A stretch of DNA of 64,000 bases from an uncultured Chlamydiae bacterium (GTDB lineage: Bacteria; Chlamydiota; Chlamydiia; Chlamydiales; SM23-39), in contig CAWHDP010000002.1 of assembly GCA_963828125.1 (NCBI GenBank), positions 128,001-192,000 of the forward strand, given 5' to 3'. Positions 33,609 through 43,194 of this stretch are shown here, piece by piece (the stretch's first letter is position 1; each line of letters begins with the position of its first letter). The notes under the pieces were generated by a model that ran no database searches, was not told the origin of the DNA, and worked only from the letters and a program-made list of their open reading frames with translations. The position numbers were made by a program, and so were the translations under genes.

Positions 33609-35487
33609 TCTGAAAGAGCAGATGAAAGATCATTTTATCCAATATGCCTCATACGTCATCCTCGACCGGGCGATTCCGAATGTGGCCGATGGGCTCAAAC
33701 CCGTGCAGCGGCGGATTTTAGAGATTTTATGGCGGCAGAATGATGATAAGCTCCACAAAGTGGCGAATATCGTCGGTCAGACGATGCAGCTCCATCCGCA
33801 TGGCGACGCCCCGATTTACGAGGCGCTCGTCAATTTAGCGAATAAGGGCTTTGTACTAGACCGGCAGGGAAATTTTGGCAATATCTACACAGGGGATCCT
33901 TCGGCAGCCGCCCGATATATTGAAACGCGGCTCTCCCAACTGGCTAAAGAGACGCTCTTCAATCCAGACATCACGGAGCAAATCCCCTCTTATGATGGGA
34001 GGAACGTCGAGCCAGTCGCTTTGCCCGCCAAAATTCCCTTGCTGCTGATGCAAGGGGCCGAAGGGATTGCCGTTGGGATGGCGACCCATATCCCGCCCCA
34101 CAATTTTACCGAACTCCTCGAGGCTGAGATCGCCTGCCTTGAGGGGAAAAATTTTAAGATTTTTCCCGATTTTCCCACTGGCGGCATCATGGATAAAAGC
34201 GATTACGATAAGGGGCGCGGTAAGGTCAAACTGCGGGCCAAAATCGAGATTAAGGATCCCAAAACGCTCGTGATTCGAGAGATCTGTTACGGGACGACGA
34301 CGGAGAGCCTGATCCGATCGATCGACGAGGCGGCCAAGAAGGGGAAAATCAAGATTGAGGCGATCAACGACTACACGGCGCAAAGTGTCGAAATTGAGAT
34401 CAAGCTCCCTCGCGGCCAATATGCGGAGGAGATTCTCGATGCGCTATATGGATTTACCGAGTGCGAAGTCTCCTTTAACTCGCAGATTATTGTGATTAAG
34501 GAGGGACTCCCTTGGGAGACTGATGTGAACGAAATCCTCGCTTATAATGCAGCGAAGGTCGTCGAATTTTTAAAACGAGAACTCGAAATCGAGCGAAACC
34601 TGCTCCTTGAGAAAATTTTCTACAAGTCGCTTGAGAGGATTTTCATTGAAAACCGGCTCTATAAAAAAATTGAGACGGTCAAAACCCTCGAAAAGATCCA
34701 TGAGACTTTGAGTGAATCCTTTGTCCCTTACCGGAAAAAACTGATCCGAGAGCCGACTCACGGTGACCGGGAGAAGCTCCTCCAGATTCCGATTCGGCGT
34801 ATCTCGCAGTTCGACATCGATAAGAATAAGGACGAAATTGCAGCGCTTGAAGAGGGATATCGCAATGTGGAGAAACATCTCAAGAACGTCAAAAAATATG
34901 CGATCGATCACCTCAAAAAATTAGTGGTGAAGTATGGCAAGGAGTTTCCCCGCAAAACCCGCATCAAAGCCATTGAGGAGATCGACCGGAGGGCCATCGA
35001 GACGAAGGAGATTCGGGTCGGCTATGATTTGCAAAGCGGCTTTGTCGGGACTAAAGTTTCAGGAGCTTCCCACTTCGGCTGTACCAACTTCGATAAAATG
35101 ATCCTTTTTACTAAAGAGGGCACTTATAAAGTGATTCCGATCCCCGAGAAGCAATATGTGGAGAAATTGGTCTGGACGGGCGTGGCTGATAAAAAAACGG
35201 TGATGAACGTCATCTATAAAAATCGAGAGAGCGGCCAAGTGTGGGCCAAGCGGTTCATTGTCGATCAATTCATTCTCGATAAAACCTACCGATTTCTCGA
35301 CGAAAATGTGGATCTCGAACATATTTCTGCAGATGAGAAAGCAGAGATCGAACTCCAATTTGGAACGAAAGGGGGAAAAAAGATCAAAAATAGAAATTTT
35401 CCCCTCAAAGCAATCCCCATTAAAGGAGCCCACGCCCGCGGGTCGCGCCTCGCGAATGAAAAAGTAAAAAAAGTGATCTTGCGCTGA
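33601..35487 (+). CDS. parC: DNA topoisomerase IV subunit A
   Basis: DGLKPVQRR, HPHGDA and AAARYIE motifs; no GyrA-box. Confidence 0.93.
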   Translation: MDDLKEQMKDHFIQYASYVILDRAIPNVADGLKPVQRRILEILWRQNDDKLHKVANIVGQTMQLHPHGDAPIYEALVNLANKGFVLDRQGNFGNIYTGDPSAAARYIETRLSQLAKETLFNPDITEQIPSYDGRNVEPVALPAKIPLLLMQGAEGIAVGMATHIPPHNFTELLEAEIACLEGKNFKIFPDFPTGGIMDKSDYDKGRGKVKLRAKIEIKDPKTLVIREICYGTTTESLIRSIDEAAKKGKIKIEAINDYTAQSVEIEIKLPRGQYAEEILDALYGFTECEVSFNSQIIVIKEGLPWETDVNEILAYNAAKVVEFLKRELEIERNLLLEKIFYKSLERIFIENRLYKKIETVKTLEKIHETLSESFVPYRKKLIREPTHGDREKLLQIPIRRISQFDIDKNKDEIAALEEGYRNVEKHLKNVKKYAIDHLKKLVVKYGKEFPRKTRIKAIEEIDRRAIETKEIRVGYDLQSGFVGTKVSGASHFGCTNFDKMILFTKEGTYKVIPIPEKQYVEKLVWTGVADKKTVMNVIYKNRESGQVWAKRFIVDQFILDKTYRFLDENVDLEHISADEKAEIELQFGTKGGKKIKNRNFPLKAIPIKGAHARGSRLANEKVKKVILR

Positions 35488-35713
35488 GAAATGGCCCATG
35501 TCCAGTATAACCCGCATTTTTCACACAGACGCGAGAAAAGGTGCTCAATCTGTTATTCAGGTTCATCTCCAGTTTACACATGAACGAAAAGTCCGCAGCG
35601 ATATCTGATGTATTTTCCTGACTTGTGCCATTTTCGAGAGACCTGCTATGTTGACAAAGATGACTCAGGCAAAGGAATCCGTGTCCGTTCCCGTCGTGCC
35701 CTTGCCTTTGCCC

Positions 35714-35743
35714 AGTTCAGTCCCCGAAGGGGACTGAACTTTT
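35714..35743. terminator. Intrinsic terminator-like hairpin
   Basis: AGTTCAGTCCCC-GAA-GGGGACTGAACT followed by TTT, between convergent genes. Confidence 0.65.
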
Positions 35744-35804
35744 ACAGTTGACTGGAACGCGTATCACGTTGCGAGGCAATTTAGAAGATTTTCAAAAGAG
35801 TCGT

Positions 35805-36557
35805 TTATCCCAAATCATTTTGTGGCACTACCAAAGCATTTTGTGGCACTACCAAAGCATTTTGTGGCACTACCAAAGCATTTTGTGGCACTACCAAAGC
35901 ATTTTGTCGCACTACCAAAGCATTTCGTGGCACTAATTCGAGGAAGTCAGCGGTGAATACCAAGTCTAGACATGAACAAAAAGTCCGCAGCGATATCTGA
36001 TGTATTTTTTTTGTCTTTGTATCTTCAATTCTGACAAATTCTGTGCAATTAGTAATTTGTTGGGCCAATCGATATTCTTTTTTTTGATATGAAAAAACTG
36101 TTGTTAGATCAGCATATAATATTATTTTTTCAAATGGCTCTTGATAGTGTGAGAAACACTTTCCTTCCATAGGGCAAATTTTAGAAAATAACATTCTTGT
36201 AGGTTTCTTTGCTCTTTCGTTGGCGGTAATTATGTAGGCACGAATAGTGCAATCTGATCTTATACTTATGAAACTACATGTATAGTATTCTTTTTTCCTG
36301 TAATATTGGATTAGTTTTCCTGAGGGCAATGTTTTCACCCACGCTTCGGCTTCTTGAAGACTTTTTAGTATTAAGAACTTTGTAAAAACGCTCTGAGCTG
36401 ATTGGATGACTTGTGATGTGCCTGCAAAATTTATGCCTATCTCTTGCGAACTGAATGCATGTGTATTTTGGGTCTCCGGTAAGGATATCGCTTTCTCCTC
36501 GGTTGGAAAAAAGGCAGGTGTTGAAGGAGGATTCACTGTGGCGGTCTGGATGATCAT
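35805..36557 (-). CDS. Hypothetical protein with C-terminal heptapeptide repeats
   Basis: AT-rich ORF with AGGA SD, S/T/P-rich N-terminus and (NALVVPQ)n tail. Confidence 0.7.
   Translation of the reverse strand: MIIQTATVNPPSTPAFFPTEEKAISLPETQNTHAFSSQEIGINFAGTSQVIQSAQSVFTKFLILKSLQEAEAWVKTLPSGKLIQYYRKKEYYTCSFISIRSDCTIRAYIITANERAKKPTRMLFSKICPMEGKCFSHYQEPFEKIILYADLTTVFSYQKKEYRLAQQITNCTEFVRIEDTKTKKIHQISLRTFCSCLDLVFTADFLELVPRNALVVRQNALVVPQNALVVPQNALVVPQNALVVPQNDLG
35816..35935. repeat. 21-bp tandem repeat, about 5.7 copies
   Basis: CATTTTGTGGCACTACCAAAG repeated head-to-tail with no spacers. Confidence 0.97.
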
Positions 36558-36796
36558 GATAATTTCCTGTTTTAAGATGAACACGGGGAGTATATCGAAA
36601 AATCAAATTAAATGCTCTTTTTATGTGATTGCTCGATGTGCTGTTTATTTTTTTTACTGATTGTAAATCATTGAAAATAAAGTGGTTATTATAAAAAATA
36701 AGCGTCCTTCACCCACATTATCGGTATCGGTGCAAAGTGAAAACTTGCAGAAAAATAAATTTTTTTTTATACTGCTTGACTTTATCGGAGAAAAAA

Positions 36797-38341
36797 ATGA
36801 AACGTTTTTTTATGTGGTTTCCGCTCTTGTGCTTTGCATGTCAGCTCTCCGCGACGGTGTACCGCGTCGTTGGCTATTATGAAAATTGGGCGCAGTATTG
36901 GACCTCTTACGACGGAGGAAAATATGCTTCCTCTCCTTCGACGATCAGCCCCTACTTACAAGGTCTGACGACTTTTAATTATGCTTTTGCTTTTTTTCAT
37001 TATGGCTCATTAAACGGGGGCAATAACGTCGTGCAGCCCGATTGGGGGATTTACCCTTCAGAGTGGGATGATATCAACCAGTATCCTCCCCCTGTCAGTT
37101 TTTGGACTCAGGCGACCGATTTAAAAAACACCTATCCAGATATGAGTGTGATCCTGTCGATCGGAGGATGGAATTTTTGTACGAACGGAGCAGGGACTTA
37201 TGGATATATCACCTATTCATTTTTCTCCGAACTCGTCGCCAATTCGACCTATACCGACCAATTTATCGCCTCAGCGCTCACGATTTGCAATTCGGACACT
37301 TACCCCTTTGATGGAATCGATATCGATTGGGAGTATCCCGCTTGCGCAGGGGAACACGGAGGATCGGGCGCCGATTACCAAAATTTTCTCAACTTCCTCT
37401 CAGCGCTCTCGACGGCTCTGCATGGAAATTTCGAGCGGCCTCTCCTTCTCACAATGACCGCACCTTCCGTAATACCCGTGTCCCAAGGCCTCGTCAATGG
37501 TTCGTATATGTTCGACGGGATGATGTATTCGGTCAATATTTCCGATCCTTCTACTTATTACCAATGGTTGGCTCACTGTGCGACCTATGTCGACTGGATT
37601 AATTTATTGAATTATGACTACTATGGACCAGGATATGCTCCACAGAATAACACAGTGACGGGCGATAACGCTCCCTTTGCATCTTATCCGACAACCGCCA
37701 ATTTTTCAGTTCAGCAAACGGTCTCGAATTATCTGAGCGCGGGAATCCCCTCCGATAAGCTGGTCGTCGGCATCCCTACTTACGGACACACTTATGTTGG
37801 ACTTCAAACCCCTTCCCAGTGGGATCCAACTCAGGCGCCCAACGGTCCCGGATGTCCATTCACCGGCGCCGATGCTCCAGGTCCTCTGACCAGTCAAGAA
37901 GGATATTTGTCCTATATTGAAATCTGTCAATACCTGCCCGATACAAGCGCTTCCCCTATCTCTTACACGCAAAGCGCCTTCCAGCTCTCTTCGACAACAA
38001 GCGTCCCGATCTATAGCTATCAACTCTCATCGAGTACTCTGGCTGTGAATTTGGATGCTTCAACCTATTACACTACGGCCCAATACAATCCCGATACGCA
38101 AACTTGGTATGCTTACAATCTACAGAGCGGAAAATGGGTCAGTTTCGATGCTCCTCTCAATCCCCCATATAATCCGAGCGGATTGAGTTCTGTTGCGGTC
38201 AAATGCCAATACATCAGGGACAATTCGCTCGGCGGCGCAATGATTTGGGCTCTGGATGAAGATACCTATCTCGGATCGACCCCTTCCATTTTACAGACAG
38301 TGGTGGATCAGCTGAGTCCGGAAGAGTCTGGGAAACAATAA
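36797..38341 (+). CDS. Secreted glycoside hydrolase family 18 (chitinase-like)
   Basis: Signal peptide; VVGYYENW, SIGGW, FDGIDIDWEYP, NLLNYDY and LGGAMIWALDED motifs. Confidence 0.92.
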   Translation: MKRFFMWFPLLCFACQLSATVYRVVGYYENWAQYWTSYDGGKYASSPSTISPYLQGLTTFNYAFAFFHYGSLNGGNNVVQPDWGIYPSEWDDINQYPPPVSFWTQATDLKNTYPDMSVILSIGGWNFCTNGAGTYGYITYSFFSELVANSTYTDQFIASALTICNSDTYPFDGIDIDWEYPACAGEHGGSGADYQNFLNFLSALSTALHGNFERPLLLTMTAPSVIPVSQGLVNGSYMFDGMMYSVNISDPSTYYQWLAHCATYVDWINLLNYDYYGPGYAPQNNTVTGDNAPFASYPTTANFSVQQTVSNYLSAGIPSDKLVVGIPTYGHTYVGLQTPSQWDPTQAPNGPGCPFTGADAPGPLTSQEGYLSYIEICQYLPDTSASPISYTQSAFQLSSTTSVPIYSYQLSSSTLAVNLDASTYYTTAQYNPDTQTWYAYNLQSGKWVSFDAPLNPPYNPSGLSSVAVKCQYIRDNSLGGAMIWALDEDTYLGSTPSILQTVVDQLSPEESGKQ

Positions 38342-38355
38342 GAACCTGCTAAATG

Positions 38356-38390
38356 GGCCGCGCCAAAGCTCCGGAGGCTTTGGCGCGGCC
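38356..38390. terminator. GC-rich hairpin between convergent genes
   Basis: GGCCGCGCCAAAGC-TCCGGAG-GCTTTGGCGCGGCC, 14-bp perfect stem. Confidence 0.65.
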
Positions 38391-38418
38391 AAACCTTTAC
38401 TTGGCCCGCCGCTTCTCC

Positions 38419-39396
38419 CTACCAGTTGAACCGGCCCGTTAAGGTGAGTCCTTGGAACATCAGGTCGGCTACATCGGCTCCATAGAGGACGATTCGGATG
38501 GTCTTTAGTCCATCTTGATGGGCGTAGAATAATAGATCATATCCGGCGCTGAACTCACAGGAGTAGCGGTTTTTCCAGGTGGGGCTTTTCCAATTGACGG
38601 CAAATGAGACGTCGAAATTAGGGTTGAGCAAATCGACATGCATCGAATCTTTGGTGATCAGATTGGGATTTGTGGTGCTCCCATTGGCCGCTTTGATCTT
38701 CATTTGCTCATACAGCAGGTTGAGATCCATCGAAAAGAGGATAGAAAATCCCCGCCATAAATCGATTGTATTTTTGATTCCCCCTCCTCCTCCCAAAAGC
38801 CAAGCATGGGAATGATAGTGATTCCCAACAATAAAAGTTTGCCCGGAAGGGGTTCCATCTTGGGTCAGGCTTTGCGTAATCCAGCCCCCTTTGAGCCCAA
38901 AATAGGGAGAGAGCGTCCACCTCCCCTTTTGCACTAAGTTTGTAGACCACAGCCAATTGAGCATATCATAATGGAGCGCCCAACTGTGATCGAGCGAGCT
39001 AAACTGTCCCCCTCCCAAGGTGAAATAGGGAGAATAGCCGACATCGCCAGATGGAACGGTGAGCTTTTTTTGATTTGTCCCATGAACGCGCGTATACTCG
39101 ACCCACGTTTGCACCTCGTGATAATCCATTCCAAGGTTCAATTTAAATCCCGGCATAAATTGAAAGGGGCAAGCGATCTCTTGATAGAGATTGGGACTTG
39201 TTACAGCATTGGGCGTTGCAATGATCAGTTCGGCAATTTGGAGATCTCCTTCAATGGCCTGCCAATAGACAAAACTAGCGCCCACATGAAAGGAGGGCGA
39301 AGGGCAGGTTGGAGGAGGGGGCGGCGGCGAAGTGTCTGCAAGAAGGGGGACAGCCGTCAAAAACAGCAAGGATGTGAAGAGCAGTTTATTTTTCAT
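38419..39396 (-). CDS. Outer membrane beta-barrel porin (Lpg1974/MOMP-like)
   Basis: Signal peptide, FVYWQA, PGFKLNLG and terminal DLMFQGLTLTGRFNW strand. Confidence 0.75.
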   Translation of the reverse strand: MKNKLLFTSLLFLTAVPLLADTSPPPPPPTCPSPSFHVGASFVYWQAIEGDLQIAELIIATPNAVTSPNLYQEIACPFQFMPGFKLNLGMDYHEVQTWVEYTRVHGTNQKKLTVPSGDVGYSPYFTLGGGQFSSLDHSWALHYDMLNWLWSTNLVQKGRWTLSPYFGLKGGWITQSLTQDGTPSGQTFIVGNHYHSHAWLLGGGGGIKNTIDLWRGFSILFSMDLNLLYEQMKIKAANGSTTNPNLITKDSMHVDLLNPNFDVSFAVNWKSPTWKNRYSCEFSAGYDLLFYAHQDGLKTIRIVLYGADVADLMFQGLTLTGRFNW

Positions 39397-39406
39397 AGTT
39401 GATCCT

Positions 39407-39901
39407 TTAATATTTGGGTTGGTGGCTCACCCACCGTTTAAGCCAGGCGTCAATTGAAATCCGTCCCGGGCCAAACATCAGCACCATCAGCGCTGTGACT
39501 AACACCGGATAGGGTTCCTGGATGACGAGAAGATACGGTTCACTTAAAAATTTAAAGTTCCCGAGCGTCTCTCCGTGCGCTGTACTCAGGGCGGTCAGCA
39601 TCACGAAAATCACAGGGATCGAAAAAAGCCGCGAGGCGAGGCCGAAAAAAATAGAGAGAGCTCCCACGGTCTCCAAAATCCCCACTTCGTAGGCGTGAAA
39701 AAGGGGGGATGGGATCCCGAGCTTGGTGAAAAAGAGGACCGTTCCGGGAATGTCGTTTAACTTGTGCAGACCGGCTAAAAAGAGCTGGTGGCCCCAGGTG
39801 ATCCTCATGTATAACAGAAAGAGGCTCTGTAGGTTAGAGCCTATTTTAATAAAGAAACCATAGATTTTGTCCACCCAGTAGAGAAATGGATTGCTTAGCA
39901 T
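39407..39901 (-). CDS. DoxX family membrane protein
   Basis: GLHKL, ETVGAL..FGLASR and FGPGRISID motifs. Confidence 0.88.
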   Translation of the reverse strand: MLSNPFLYWVDKIYGFFIKIGSNLQSLFLLYMRITWGHQLFLAGLHKLNDIPGTVLFFTKLGIPSPLFHAYEVGILETVGALSIFFGLASRLFSIPVIFVMLTALSTAHGETLGNFKFLSEPYLLVIQEPYPVLVTALMVLMFGPGRISIDAWLKRWVSHQPKY

Positions 39902-39943
39902 GGCTATCCCCTTTTTTCCGATTATGCTATACTTCCCGCTGTC

Positions 39944-40975
39944 ATGAAAGAAATTTGTTCGTTTTCATTGGAAGAACTCAAGATTTGGATGGGGCAAAAC
40001 GGGGAAAAACCGTTCCGCGCCGCTCAAATTTTCGATTGGATTTATCGGAAAGGGGCCCTCTCATTCGAGGCGATGACCAATGTGGCTAAGGAACTTCGTT
40101 CGAAGTTGACGGGCCAGTTTTCCTTTCCAGTGATTCGACTCTTAAAGACGCTAGAATCTGAGGATCGGGAGACGATCAAATTTCTTTGGGAACTCCCCGA
40201 CAAAAAGCGGGTCGAGTCGGTTCTCATCCTATCGGGCGATCGGAGGACAGTCTGCATCTCTTGTCAAGTGGGCTGCCCAGCGCGGTGCGCCTTCTGCGCT
40301 TCGGGCAAAGAGGGGCTCCTCCGGAATCTCAGCACGGCCGAGATCGTTGAACAGGTTCTCCACATCCACCGGTTCCTCGGAGAAAAAGGGGAGAGGGTCT
40401 CGCATCTCGTTTTCATGGGGATGGGCGAGCCTCTCGAGAACTATGAATCGGTCGTCCGGTCGATCGAAATTTTTAACCATCCCGACGGACTCAATATTTC
40501 CCAGCGCCGGATTACTGTCTCAACGGTGGGGGTGGTCGAAGGGATCCGCAGGCTTTCCAAGGAGGCGCTTAAAGTCAATCTGGTCCTCTCTCTTCATGCG
40601 CCGAACCAACATATCCGGAAGAAAATCATCCCCTACGCGAGGAAATATCCGCTTGAGGAGATTTTAATGGCGATGGATCAATATTCGGAGGAGACAAAGC
40701 GCGATATCACCTATGAATACACCCTCATCGCCGGCGTCAATGACCATGGAAAACATGCTGAGGAACTGGCGCGGCTTTTAGCGGGAAAGCAGTGTACAGT
40801 CAATTTGATCCCCTATAATCCGGTCGACGGGCTTAAGTTGGAGCGGCCCGCCAAAGAAGAGATCGAGGATTTCCGCTCTATTTTAGAAGAGGCGGGGATC
40901 AACACTACTTGGCGCTACACGAAGGGAAAAGACATTGCTGCTGCGTGCGGACAACTGGCGTTGCAAAAAAGTTGA
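39944..40975 (+). CDS. rlmN: 23S rRNA m2A2503 radical SAM methyltransferase
   Basis: CxxxCxxC (GCPARCAFC), MGMGEP and AACGQL motifs. Confidence 0.97.
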   Translation: MKEICSFSLEELKIWMGQNGEKPFRAAQIFDWIYRKGALSFEAMTNVAKELRSKLTGQFSFPVIRLLKTLESEDRETIKFLWELPDKKRVESVLILSGDRRTVCISCQVGCPARCAFCASGKEGLLRNLSTAEIVEQVLHIHRFLGEKGERVSHLVFMGMGEPLENYESVVRSIEIFNHPDGLNISQRRITVSTVGVVEGIRRLSKEALKVNLVLSLHAPNQHIRKKIIPYARKYPLEEILMAMDQYSEETKRDITYEYTLIAGVNDHGKHAEELARLLAGKQCTVNLIPYNPVDGLKLERPAKEEIEDFRSILEEAGINTTWRYTKGKDIAAACGQLALQKS

Positions 40976-40998
40976 TCCTTGTTTACTCTTGAACCGGT

Positions 40999-41580
40999 AT
41001 GAATCCTTCGCATTATCTCACCTTGCTCAGGATCTTTCTGAGCCCCCTATTCCCTATCCTCTATTTGGAGAGGGATTCTCTCGGTATTCCTCTCGTGTGG
41101 CTCCCTTATCTCCTCCTCCTCCTCCTGATTATTTGTGAATCTTCGGACGTCCTCGACGGTATGCTCGCCCGGAGACGGAATGAGGTGACCGATCTCGGTA
41201 AAATTCTCGATCCAATGGCAGATAGCATCACCCATATCTCCCTCTTCCTCACCTTCACGCAAGGGATTGTAGAGCTCCCGCTCCTTTTAGTCTTCGTCTT
41301 TTTATATCGGGATCTTTTGATTAGCACGTTGAGGACGCTCTGCGCGCTCCGGGGAGTGGCGCTTGCTGCCCGCTTTAGCGGGAAAATGAAAACTCTTCTT
41401 CAGGGAGCCGTCGCCTTTTTGGTGATCCTTCTGATGATCCCTTATACAACGGGGCTAATCACCCTTGCCCTCTTTCAAGAGATCAGTCTTTTTGCCGCTG
41501 CTATCGCAGCGCTCTATACGATCCTTTCGCTCGGGGACTATGTTTATGCGAATTGGGTTCATATCAAGCGCGCTTTTTAA
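40999..41580 (+). CDS. pgsA: CDP-diacylglycerol--glycerol-3-phosphate phosphatidyltransferase
   Basis: DVLDGMLARR..TDLGKILDPMAD motif. Confidence 0.92.
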   Translation: MNPSHYLTLLRIFLSPLFPILYLERDSLGIPLVWLPYLLLLLLIICESSDVLDGMLARRRNEVTDLGKILDPMADSITHISLFLTFTQGIVELPLLLVFVFLYRDLLISTLRTLCALRGVALAARFSGKMKTLLQGAVAFLVILLMIPYTTGLITLALFQEISLFAAAIAALYTILSLGDYVYANWVHIKRAF

Positions 41581-43026
41581 CAGCGACCTATAGAGTTTTA
41601 AATACTCCTGCGCCGGTTTTTTCCAACTGAAGTCGGACTGCATGCCGCGCCGGATCAGCGATTGAAAAGTGAACGGCTCTTCCCTATACAAACGGAACGC
41701 TCTCTGAAGAGCGCTATTTAGCGAGGCTTGGGTCGCGTCTGCAAAGGAAAACCCGTTCCTCCGCTGAATCGGGATTTGGAAATTTTCACAGTCAAATACT
41801 GTATCTTTGAGCCCGCCTGTTGCGCGTACTATCGGCACTGTTCCATAGCGCATGGCGATCAGCTGGGTGAGTCCGCACGGCTCAAAGTGCGAGGGGACCA
41901 CCAACAGATCGAGCGCCGCATAGAGCAGGTGGGCCAGGTCCTCGTCGTAGTGGCCGTGGAGCATGACCTGGGGATGCCCCTTGTATTTTTGGCTTAAGCG
42001 CTCGAAATGTTCCTGGATTTTCGGTATCGGCGAGGAACCGAGAAGAAGAAAAGAGCCACCCAATTCTAAAGTCGTTTTGAGGGCCTCTTCAAGCAGCTCA
42101 GGCCCCTTTTGCGGAACCAAGCGGGTGATCGCACCGACCCAAGGCCGTTTTTCTCGATCTATTCCATATACGCTCAGCCTTTTCCGATTCGCCTCCTTCC
42201 CTATCTTGGCCGACTCTGCCGTGTAATGGGCCCCAATCCGTTCGTCTTTGGCTGGATCCCAAATCGTCGTGTCGATTCCATTCAAAATCCCTTTGATCTT
42301 CTTCGGCATTTTTCTCAAAGTCGTTTCCAGATTAAACCCATACTCCGGAGTCAAGATTTCAGTAGAATATGTGGGAGAGACAGGGACGATCGCATCGGCA
42401 TAAACGATCCCCCCTTTCAACAAATTAATCGTCTTTGGAAATTTCGGATCGTCGTCCTGCATCCGATCCGCAGTTAAATAATTCGGGCCCTTCATCCCAA
42501 TCCAATCGAGATCGAAAGTAGCACATTTCCCTTGGTATTCGATGTTGTGGATGGTGAGGACTACTGCCTTGATATTCAGCTCGTTAAAAACGTCCTTCAC
42601 GAGTGGGGCGCAAAGGCTCGTGTGCCAATCGTGGAGATGGAGGATATCGATCGGTCTATTTTCCAAACGGAGGTATTCTAAAGCCGCACGGGAAAAATAG
42701 GTGAAACGGGCTGTATCATCCTCAAATCCATAGATTTTTTTTCGATGGAAAAAACCGGCCGGGTGCCGAGCTTCCAGAAGATGGAGGCTGCACTCCTCGA
42801 CTTGGGCCGACCACATTGTGTTTTTGTAGTTAATACACTGAAAATTAGCCACTTCCATCTTTAAATACGGGAGCTTAGAGTGGTCGATAAAGTCATATTT
42901 GGGGATGATGATCTCGACGTCGTGGTGGCTCAAAGTCAGTTCGCGGCAAAGGCCGACGAGCACCTCTCCGAGTCCGCCCGCTTTGGCGATCGGGGCAAAT
43001 TCAGCAGATAAATGAACGATTCTCAT
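41455..43026 (-). CDS. glgA: Glycogen synthase
   Basis: KAGGLG, HLHDWHT, NGID and PSHFEPCGLTQL motifs; true start MRIVHL at 43026. Confidence 0.95.
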   Translation of the reverse strand: MRIVHLSAEFAPIAKAGGLGEVLVGLCRELTLSHHDVEIIIPKYDFIDHSKLPYLKMEVANFQCINYKNTMWSAQVEECSLHLLEARHPAGFFHRKKIYGFEDDTARFTYFSRAALEYLRLENRPIDILHLHDWHTSLCAPLVKDVFNELNIKAVVLTIHNIEYQGKCATFDLDWIGMKGPNYLTADRMQDDDPKFPKTINLLKGGIVYADAIVPVSPTYSTEILTPEYGFNLETTLRKMPKKIKGILNGIDTTIWDPAKDERIGAHYTAESAKIGKEANRKRLSVYGIDREKRPWVGAITRLVPQKGPELLEEALKTTLELGGSFLLLGSSPIPKIQEHFERLSQKYKGHPQVMLHGHYDEDLAHLLYAALDLLVVPSHFEPCGLTQLIAMRYGTVPIVRATGGLKDTVFDCENFQIPIQRRNGFSFADATQASLNSALQRAFRLYREEPFTFQSLIRRGMQSDFSWKKPAQEYLKLYRSLLKSALDMNPIRINIVPERKDRIERCDSSGKKTDLLKEGKGD

Positions 43027-43109
43027 GATTTTCTGTATAGACTGAGATTGGATTCCTTGCCAAATATAATCCTTTTTCGCTATGATGATTGCTTCAAATT
43101 TTTTGGTAT

Positions 43110-43181
43110 TGGGGCGTCGCCAAGCGGTAAGGCAGTGGTTTTTGGTACCACCATGCGGAGGTTCGAATCCTTCCGCCCCAA
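43110..43181 (+). tRNA. tRNA-Gln(TTG)
   Basis: TGGGGCG/CGCCCCA acceptor stem, GTGGT-TTTTGGT-ACCAC anticodon arm, GGTTCGAATCC T-arm. Confidence 0.95.
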
Positions 43182-43194
43182 AATAAGTGAGAAG

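Noticed and set aside
35816..35935. Possible CRISPR array
   Set aside because: The 21-bp units are contiguous with no spacers, lie in frame within a CDS, and no cas genes are present
35578..36008. Diversity-generating retroelement TR/VR pair
   Set aside because: Only 39 bp long, the differences are not adenine-specific, and there is no reverse transcriptase in the window
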